Notes under the pieces: generated by a model
Databases searched by the model: none
What the model was told of the DNA's origin: nothing
Seen by the model: the letters and a program-made list of their open reading frames with translations, nothing else
Virus record (IMG/VR): IMGVR_UViG_3300029288_006769
Coordinates: 346,367-410,366 of that record
DNA length: 64,000 nucleotides
Direction: 5' to 3' (one strand)
Origin: a virus
In this document: positions 56,800 through 64,000 of the stretch, piece by piece
Position numbering within the stretch: the stretch's first letter is position 1
Layout: each line of letters starts with the position of its first letter
Translations under genes and position numbers: made by a program

Positions 56800-57428
56800 G
56801 TACTTTCAAACATGAAGAACTATATCGGGAAAAAGTATTATTCGAAATGATGTCAAAATTTTCTATTACTATGTGTGGTGCTGGAGCTATAGGTTCTAAT
56901 CTTGTCGATAATTTGATCCGTCAAGGCTTCAAAAAAATTTCCGTAATAGATTTTGACAGAGTTGAAGATGGAAATAGACATACACAAATATGGAGCTCAA
57001 GAGAGATTGGACAGCTTAAAGTAACAGCATTAAGAAATAGAATGTTTGAAGTTCTCAATACGCAAATTACTGCAATTTCTAAAAAACTTGATAAATCAAA
57101 TCTTAATCTTATAGAGCCTTCAAGTTTAGTTATTGATGGCTTTGACAATGTACCAAGTAGAAAATTGATAACAGAATATTGTAAAGAAAATAACATTGAT
57201 TGTTTGCATATTGGTTTGTTCCAAGATTATGCTGAAATAATCTGGAACGAAAAATACAGAGTGCCTGATGAAGTAACTAATATGGATATATGTGAATATC
57301 CTTTAGCAAGGAATATAATTTTGTTGGCTATTGCTGTAGCGACAGAGATATTAATAGCATATTTAGAAACAGGTGAAAAGCGTAATTTCGTGATAACTTT
57401 AAAAGACTTCAAAATTTCGAGAATATAA
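56796..57428 (+). CDS. ThiF/E1-like adenylyltransferase
   Basis: CGAGAIGS, IDFDRVEDGNRHTQ, IGQLKV, IDGFDN..SR; candidate catalytic Cys in DICEYP. Confidence 0.88.
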   Translation: MSTFKHEELYREKVLFEMMSKFSITMCGAGAIGSNLVDNLIRQGFKKISVIDFDRVEDGNRHTQIWSSREIGQLKVTALRNRMFEVLNTQITAISKKLDKSNLNLIEPSSLVIDGFDNVPSRKLITEYCKENNIDCLHIGLFQDYAEIIWNEKYRVPDEVTNMDICEYPLARNIILLAIAVATEILIAYLETGEKRNFVITLKDFKISRI

Positions 57429-57940
57429 TGGATATTTGGTTCAATATGTTGATCGGTATTCCCGGTTCTGGGAAATCTACTTGGCTAAACATACAACCTC
57501 GAAAAACTTATGTTGTCTGTCCTGATTCAATACGATTATATTTAACTGGTGATATTTCAAATCATAGTCAAGAAGAGACTGTTTGGAATATTGCAAAATA
57601 CACAACACGTTGGGCTTTAGTAAATAATATTTCAATAACATTTGATGCAACTAACACAAGTACATTTTTAAGAAGAGACTTTCTTGGGGCTCTTCCTCTT
57701 CAAGTATCGGATTTTAAACGCAAAGCAATTCTTTTTCCTACAGACCCAAATGTGGCTGTTTCAAGAGTTAATGCTAGAACATTTGGCTCAAAAGTTCCAC
57801 CAGAAAAAATATTTCAATCACATCTATTGTTTCAGCAAACTTTGAAAGATATTTTAGATGAAGATTGGGACTGTATAGAAACGATAGGAGACTCAAATGG
57901 CGGAAAAACTGTTAAAATCCCGGAAAGTGTCAGGACCTGA
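57428..57940 (+). CDS. P-loop kinase, polynucleotide-kinase-like (AAA_33)
   Basis: LIGIPGSGKST, CPDSIR, FDATN..R, RVNAR..VP. Confidence 0.8.
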   Translation: MDIWFNMLIGIPGSGKSTWLNIQPRKTYVVCPDSIRLYLTGDISNHSQEETVWNIAKYTTRWALVNNISITFDATNTSTFLRRDFLGALPLQVSDFKRKAILFPTDPNVAVSRVNARTFGSKVPPEKIFQSHLLFQQTLKDILDEDWDCIETIGDSNGGKTVKIPESVRT

Positions 57941-59309
57941 AAACGATGGTTTTACAGAAACAGTAAAACATAAAGTTTTATTCTGCGGCAACCCTGAAGG
58001 AAACAACAACAAGTTCTATTCAATAGAGCTTCAAAAAAATTCTAAAGGTCAATATCGGTTATTTACTCATTATGGCCGTCTCGGAAAAACCGATGTTTAT
58101 GAAGTCCGCGATGAATACCTCGGTAGACCTCTCGATCTTTCAACAGCAGATCGTGAATTTGAAGTTATCCTCGCTTCAAAACTCAAAGGCAAGAAAAAAG
58201 AAAGCGAACTCGGTGGAAACCGTGTTGAAAAATATGAATTGGTCGAGACATTCGCACCCACGGTTGGCTCTGTCAATGTCCGCGGAAAAAATGTTGGCAT
58301 TACTGTTTCAGTCAAAAAAGATGATGTTGTTGACTCTTATTCCAATCCGGAAGTTGCTCGAATTATCCGTCAAATTGTCGATGAAAACATCCATACCATT
58401 TCTACATTGACAACCTTGAAACTAACATCAAATGGGTTTGAAACTCCCCTGGGTCCCGTCACAAAAGAACATGTGGCAAATGCAAGAGTCCCACTTATGT
58501 CTTTGAAATCTCTGATGGTTAATGACGAAATCAACCCCGACAATCAATTGACTCGAGATCACAATGCAAAATATTTCTCCATGATTCCCCATCCCTTTGG
58601 ACACAAAATAACAAAAGATGACTGGATTCTTTCTGCGGCAAAACTCGCCGAAGAATTCGAATTGCTTGACAACCTTGAATCAGCTGTTACAATGGGTGCC
58701 GCCATGCAAAATGCCGCACAACAAAAACGCGCTCTTGGTACAGATATCGAAATAGTTTCCGACAAAAGAGAAATTGATCGAATTTACTCCTATATTACGA
58801 CAACAAAAGCGGGAAATCATCGTGGTTCTGATGTGTGGAACTGGAAACCTAAAAACGTTTTCAAAATCAAAATACCTGCAGAAAGAGCAAGATTTGAAAA
58901 AACTGAAAAACAATTCGGTAACCAACATGAACTCTTCCATGGCTCAAAAAATGGCAATATTTTGAGTATTCTCAAGGGGGGTCTGATCATCCCTTCATGC
59001 AATGCCGGTCATGTCACAGGTCGTATGTTCGGTGATGGTATTTATTTTGCTAATGCATCGACGAAATCTCTTAATTACTCTACAGGATTTTGGGGCGGAC
59101 GTGGCAATAAAAATTCAAATTCTTTCTTATTTCTTGCAAATGTTGCTATGGGAAAAACATTTGTAGCCCATGACGCTCGGTATTCTGGAATACCACATGG
59201 ATATGACTCAATTCATGCTCAAAAAGGAAGATCGTTATATAATGACGAATTTATTGTTTTCAAATTGCAACAAGCCACTTTAACATATCTGGTTGAAATG
59301 ACCAAATAA
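57897..59309 (+). CDS. WGR-domain poly(ADP-ribose) polymerase
   Basis: NNNKFY..THYGRLG (WGR); YFSMIPH (regulatory); LFHGS, GRMFGDGIYFA, SLNY, NDEFIVF (H-Y-E triad). Confidence 0.9.
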   Translation: MAEKLLKSRKVSGPENDGFTETVKHKVLFCGNPEGNNNKFYSIELQKNSKGQYRLFTHYGRLGKTDVYEVRDEYLGRPLDLSTADREFEVILASKLKGKKKESELGGNRVEKYELVETFAPTVGSVNVRGKNVGITVSVKKDDVVDSYSNPEVARIIRQIVDENIHTISTLTTLKLTSNGFETPLGPVTKEHVANARVPLMSLKSLMVNDEINPDNQLTRDHNAKYFSMIPHPFGHKITKDDWILSAAKLAEEFELLDNLESAVTMGAAMQNAAQQKRALGTDIEIVSDKREIDRIYSYITTTKAGNHRGSDVWNWKPKNVFKIKIPAERARFEKTEKQFGNQHELFHGSKNGNILSILKGGLIIPSCNAGHVTGRMFGDGIYFANASTKSLNYSTGFWGGRGNKNSNSFLFLANVAMGKTFVAHDARYSGIPHGYDSIHAQKGRSLYNDEFIVFKLQQATLTYLVEMTK

Positions 59310-59318
59310 GGAGGTTCT

Positions 59319-59906
59319 ATGTCTGATGATTCTATCATCCAAGCAAAAGTCGAGCAATTCGGTGCCCAAGGAGGAATGTTTACATCGGTAGACATCGGAA
59401 ACTCCATCAAAGAAGATCAGCACTGGGTGAAAAATTCCATAGTTGCTGCCTGGCTCAGACAAAACGCATTGGTTGTCCTGCAAGGGTATGCAACAACTCT
59501 TATCGATGTTCAAACGTCCAATGGTCCGGCAACCGCTTTCTTGTATCATCCCATGGGTTCAGATCCCAATGATTACAAAAGAAGAAATCAGAGCGCAATG
59601 CCCCCGCAAAATACCGTCAATTTTCCGGGAACAACTCCGTCGACAAACTCACAAAAAACAAAAGTTCGTTCCGATTGCAATGCCAGACTTCGTATCCCTG
59701 CTTCCATCGTCAGACAACTCGGCTGGAATCCCGGCGACATGGTTGACAATTCCAAAATCATCATCAATGGTACAACGCCCTTGACAGACGGAAACATCGT
59801 CCATTCAGATGGACGTATTACATTCCGTCGTAGTTGTCTCGGTTTCGGTGACGGTCCAGTCATGGCCTATGTCGAAAATGGTTGCCTGCATTTCGAGAAG
59901 CCATAA
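59319..59906 (+). CDS. Hypothetical protein with AbrB-like C-terminal region
   Basis: AGGAGG RBS; DCNARLRIPASIVRQLGWNPGD. Confidence 0.6.
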   Translation: MSDDSIIQAKVEQFGAQGGMFTSVDIGNSIKEDQHWVKNSIVAAWLRQNALVVLQGYATTLIDVQTSNGPATAFLYHPMGSDPNDYKRRNQSAMPPQNTVNFPGTTPSTNSQKTKVRSDCNARLRIPASIVRQLGWNPGDMVDNSKIIINGTTPLTDGNIVHSDGRITFRRSCLGFGDGPVMAYVENGCLHFEKP

Positions 59907-60568
59907 TGAATTTATTCGGACCTTGTAAAGTTCTTAATAATCAGGATGTCTCTTATTTAGATGACATCCTGATGTGTAATGGATTACTGCAAGTTGTGCC
60001 TGCAGAAACATTGGCGCAAATACCATCGAACCATTTGGCTATTTTTGGACACAAGTATGGTTTCTATTGTTTCCCGACAATTGAATTAGCCAATTGGTTA
60101 AAAGACAATTTTGATCTTTCTAAAATGATCGAAATTGGTGCCGGACATGGAGCACTTGCTAGATATTTGAAAATTCCAGCAACAGACTCTAAATTAATGG
60201 ATGACCCTCAAATACAGAACTACTACAGTATGATGGGTCAACCGACAGTGAAATATCCAAACGATGTCGAAAAAATAACTGCAAAAGATGCAGTCTACAA
60301 ATATAAACCCAAAATAGTACTTGGGTGTTGGGTTACTCATAAATACACTATGCAAGAACATGACCGTGGTGGGAATATGTATGGTGTAGATGAAGGATGG
60401 ATTTTAAAACGTGTCGATCAATATATCATTATTGGCAATGAAAAAGTGCATAATAAAAAAAAGATTCTTGACTTACCCCATAAGGCATACCAATTCCCTT
60501 GGTTGTATAGTAGATCAGTCGAGCCTACCAAGAACATAATTTATGTTTGGGATAAGGTGTCTATATGA
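59906..60568 (+). CDS. Putative SAM-dependent methyltransferase-like protein
   Basis: MIEIGAGHGALA motif I; TAATG-coupled start. Confidence 0.55.
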   Translation: MNLFGPCKVLNNQDVSYLDDILMCNGLLQVVPAETLAQIPSNHLAIFGHKYGFYCFPTIELANWLKDNFDLSKMIEIGAGHGALARYLKIPATDSKLMDDPQIQNYYSMMGQPTVKYPNDVEKITAKDAVYKYKPKIVLGCWVTHKYTMQEHDRGGNMYGVDEGWILKRVDQYIIIGNEKVHNKKKILDLPHKAYQFPWLYSRSVEPTKNIIYVWDKVSI

Positions 60569-61299
60569 CTGAATTAAAAATATGTGCTATGCGGTCACGC
60601 GATAACAGCTTTGTCAGGAATTTTTGGTGCTGTCATGGTGGAACAGGCTATGATGACGAATGGCACGCGGATCCTGGTAGATTTTATGCAGATATTAAAA
60701 CCCTACAATTCAAAAATTCATTTCCATATCATTTAGAACTTTATAAAATAGGTAGAAAATATCATTTATCAATATCAGTTCATTTTAATCATCAACAAGA
60801 TTTTTCTATAGCAAGAATGTCAAAAATTTCAAATAAAAAAGAAGCAACAAGAGCAACATTTAAAAGTATTAGAGAATTTGAAAAAGATAAAGTAAGAGTC
60901 AATGAAATGTGGCGACAGATATCTCATGACACACCCGTAGTTGATTCTGATGGTATTTGGAGATATTCTGTATTGATAGGTTCTGCAGATACAACTCTAA
61001 TCAAGACTTCTCTTAACTCTCATAATGCTGCATTAGGTTATGGAGATTTTTATTCTTTACATTTTGAACGTAATGCATGGACTTGGACAAAACATAGTAT
61101 AATGTCTATGGGTCATAGTACATCAGGTTGCGAACGCGTCTCATTTATGATTTGGAAAGCTATTTATGGTTACAATCCTATTTTAGACACAATTATCGAT
61201 GAAGCAATTCTTTTTGCACAACAAAACCCTTCACCTAATATAATAGAAGAAGATTTATCCGAACAATATATGCAAGCTTTTCATGACTCACAATTTTGA
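60565..61299 (+). CDS. Hypothetical protein
   Basis: 244 aa, ATGA-coupled. Confidence 0.65.
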   Translation: MTELKICAMRSRDNSFVRNFWCCHGGTGYDDEWHADPGRFYADIKTLQFKNSFPYHLELYKIGRKYHLSISVHFNHQQDFSIARMSKISNKKEATRATFKSIREFEKDKVRVNEMWRQISHDTPVVDSDGIWRYSVLIGSADTTLIKTSLNSHNAALGYGDFYSLHFERNAWTWTKHSIMSMGHSTSGCERVSFMIWKAIYGYNPILDTIIDEAILFAQQNPSPNIIEEDLSEQYMQAFHDSQF

Positions 61300-61305
61300 G
61301 GCCAC

Positions 61306-61914
61306 ATGCACAATCTACAAGATGCTCTCATAAAAGCAAAATTAGCTAAAGAAGAACAAAGACAAACAACAGCTGTTGCTGAACCTCTCAAACAAGAAAT
61401 AAAACAACAATATCAGCAACCTGCTCGCTTAACAGCACCAGAATTTGAAAAATTTGAGACGCTTTTCTGTACAGAAAAATCAAAGCCTTTTGCAATACAT
61501 TTATTACATGGATTTCTTCCTTTCCCTGACAACGATTATATTTGGGGGTGGGAAGACAAAAAATGGAAAAATGGGAAAAAATGCTGTATTTGTGGTTTAG
61601 AAACTTTATCAAGAGATGATCTTTTTAAAAATATTGACAAACAAACAGAAGCTTCAATGGAGGGAATGATACGAAGTGTCAAAGAAGAAAATTTTAATGT
61701 CCATGAATTTTTAAAATCAAAAAAGCAAGAAATGTTTGGTGATCGTCTTATGGGAGTCACATCAGAAAAAACTTCTTGTATTATGTGTGCTCCTTGTTAT
61801 GAAACATTTTCAAATTGGGTACCTACAAGAATGCTTTATGACGATTCATTTGCTAAACTTATTACAAAAGTACGTTTGGCAAACACTTTTAAACAACGCG
61901 ATATCCCTTCATAA
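61306..61914 (+). CDS. Hypothetical Zn-binding protein
   Basis: CCICG..CAPC. Confidence 0.65.
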   Translation: MHNLQDALIKAKLAKEEQRQTTAVAEPLKQEIKQQYQQPARLTAPEFEKFETLFCTEKSKPFAIHLLHGFLPFPDNDYIWGWEDKKWKNGKKCCICGLETLSRDDLFKNIDKQTEASMEGMIRSVKEENFNVHEFLKSKKQEMFGDRLMGVTSEKTSCIMCAPCYETFSNWVPTRMLYDDSFAKLITKVRLANTFKQRDIPS

Positions 61915-62225
61915 TAAATCCCAAAATATTTTTTGGCAGTATTAAAAGTCTCTTTCGAAATTGCTCGATGGAGGTACTATGAATCGTTTCGAAAAAATCG
62001 AATATTTATATTTTAAATGGCGGCTCATAGTTATCCTCTTCATTCTAGCTGCTTCTGAATATATTTGGTTTCATTGGTATCTTTATACCGGGTTCAATAC
62101 TCAAAAAACCATAAAACGAATTCGTTCTAATTACTTTTGTCCACATACAGTCTTACAGCTTTGGATTGATTATAAACTTGGCAATCTGTAATTTGTCATT
62201 GTGATATAATTTATAGGGAGGCAAT

Positions 62226-62693
62226 ATGAATATTTTTACAGCAGGTATGCCGGAACTATGTGAAGAACTCAAAAATAGTTTGAGCTCTGATATTGCTACT
62301 TACGAACACAACTTCGAACAAATTATCGGCTTTGCAAAGACTGGGAAACTCAAAAAGTTATGTATTTATATGGATGTGTGGAACGTAAGTGGTCGCGCAT
62401 TCAATGGTATGCGTGGCCAAGGAGCTGCCGAGAAAATCCACGAGATTGACCCGGACATCTCGGTTCTCATCTGGGATGGTCGTGAATATGACTCCAAAGA
62501 CCCTGATGTCATAATGCCCCCAGCATTCCAAGTTACCGGAACAATACATCCAATCAAAAACAAAAACGAACTTTATCTGGATTTTGACCACTATAAAGAA
62601 GAAGATATTGACAGAATAACAGAGCAGTTCTTTACTGGGGAACTTACCCTTTCGGATATTCCCCAGCGTGAATGTATTGAAATTATGCTATAG
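62226..62693 (+). CDS. Hypothetical protein
   Basis: 155 aa, GGAGG RBS. Confidence 0.65.
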   Translation: MNIFTAGMPELCEELKNSLSSDIATYEHNFEQIIGFAKTGKLKKLCIYMDVWNVSGRAFNGMRGQGAAEKIHEIDPDISVLIWDGREYDSKDPDVIMPPAFQVTGTIHPIKNKNELYLDFDHYKEEDIDRITEQFFTGELTLSDIPQRECIEIML

Positions 62694-63276
62694 CAGGTTC
62701 TTTAATTTCAGTTACTGACCAAACATCATTTCGATTAACTAAACGTATAGCACCTTCTGTTGCTTGTGTAAGTGCTTTTCGCATTTCATTAATATCTGCA
62801 GCAGAATTTCTTCTTGTCAAATAATTTTCAATAAATGGCATTACGCGTTTTGAAAATGTATTTATGTCACCATTTGCTTTTTCCCAAGTTTCTTTCAAAT
62901 TAGAAACCAAATCAGAAGATTTTATTAAAGCAGATTCTCTAATTGTAAAATCAACTATGAATTCATCCATTGAACCGTAATACTCAGCAACTTTAGCCAT
63001 TAATTCGATCGAAGAAATAACTCCAAGATCAGCACCTTTAAGCATTATATTGCCAAGATATTTCAAAACTTTATTCTTATTACCACTAAAACTATCAATT
63101 GTCGTAATTACATTTTCTAAATATTGTTCACTAACATTTACTCCTTCATCTCTTGATTTAGAAATCATTTCCTTCATTTCGTCAACAGATTTTTTGTCAA
63201 GAGAATTCAAAACTTTAGCTAACCAGTGAGCAAAAGATTTTTCTTTCTTACTAAGATCAACGCTTATAACATCCAT
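62683..63276 (-). CDS. Hypothetical protein
   Basis: 197 aa, AAGGAG RBS. Confidence 0.65.
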   Translation of the reverse strand: MDVISVDLSKKEKSFAHWLAKVLNSLDKKSVDEMKEMISKSRDEGVNVSEQYLENVITTIDSFSGNKNKVLKYLGNIMLKGADLGVISSIELMAKVAEYYGSMDEFIVDFTIRESALIKSSDLVSNLKETWEKANGDINTFSKRVMPFIENYLTRRNSAADINEMRKALTQATEGAIRLVNRNDVWSVTEIKEPAIA

Positions 63277-63326
63277 TTTTGAATCTCCTTTTTCTTTCTA
63301 TGTTTTATAAAAACAAGAAAAAAGAG

Positions 63327-63743
63327 TTAGAATACAAGCTGTTCAGCATTCTTTATATGGTCATATATGACAATTGGACTATATAAAACTCTTGTCGTAT
63401 TACAATTTTGAACGAACTCTAAAAGATAATCATCGACAGTCTCACCTTTTATCAATCTTGATAAATCAATTCTTGTGTCTTTAGCTATAAATGTTGTTAC
63501 AAGAACATTATCTTTTGTCTTTCCTTTTTTCAATTCTTTTGACATATAGTCATAAACTTTAAGTTTTATATCAGCAAAAAACTGATCAGCATAAGAAATA
63601 ATTGGGAGTCCAATTTTTTCTGACCCAACACGACATTTCAACTTGAATTGCGAGTAATCCAAATCAATATCAGTGTTTAGTTCTAGGTCATCGATTATTG
63701 GTTTGTTTTTTACAAGACAAAAAAGAAAAAATGAGTATACCAT
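63327..63743 (-). CDS. Hypothetical protein
   Basis: 138 aa, AGGAGG RBS. Confidence 0.6.
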   Translation of the reverse strand: MVYSFFLFCLVKNKPIIDDLELNTDIDLDYSQFKLKCRVGSEKIGLPIISYADQFFADIKLKVYDYMSKELKKGKTKDNVLVTTFIAKDTRIDLSRLIKGETVDDYLLEFVQNCNTTRVLYSPIVIYDHIKNAEQLVF

Positions 63744-64000
63744 ATTCCCTCCTTAAAAAGCAAATTTGTTTTGAATTAATAAGTAAGGAAGGAAATCTAA
63801 TCTAGTAAATCTTTAGTCTAAATATACAATACTTGTCAATCATTTTTTTCGTTATTTTTTGACATCTGTCTATGTAGCATTCTGTTTTTAACTTCTGAAT
63901 CTTTTGAAGATCCAAAATAAAAAGAAAATATTTGTGTGATTATAGCTGACAAGACTCCCAAAATGTAAATTGCAATATCTTTTTTTGCAGGGTCCAAAGG

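Noticed and set aside
1-64000. Stop-codon reassignment (alternative genetic code)
   Set aside because: Conserved genes are full length in code 11, TAA/TAG/TGA all serve as stops, and no suppressor tRNA was seen.

Overview
AT-rich window from a large (jumbo-type) tailed bacteriophage genome using the standard genetic code. Positions 1-39.6 kb are almost entirely minus-strand genes. They cover the head module (HK97-type major capsid, two paralogous decoration proteins, scaffold, prohead protease, portal, terminase large subunit), a phage sigma-like factor, Ung, a LigD-type end-repair set split over three genes (phosphoesterase-nucleotidyltransferase, primase-polymerase, ATP-dependent ligase), an M15 endolysin, an AAA ATPase, dUTPase, class II RNR, a Ski2/Hel308-like helicase and SpoVG. 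Positions 41-52.4 kb hold a MazG-NadD fusion, an RRM protein, 12 tRNA genes interleaved with homing endonucleases, an HNH-RNA ligase, a REC-HD-GYP protein and a long secreted TPR protein. The standout is 52.6-59.3 kb on the plus strand: four 136-157 nt non-coding RNA units share a conserved stem/internal-loop scaffold, and each carries a different tRNA-like domain (two in normal order, two circularly permuted at different points). They lie directly upstream of an operon encoding a ubiquitin-like protein, a Ro60/TROVE-vWA-like protein, a candidate E2, a JAB protease, a ThiF/E1, a PNK-like kinase and a WGR-PARP. All calls come from motif recognition by eye; no database searches or folding programs were run.
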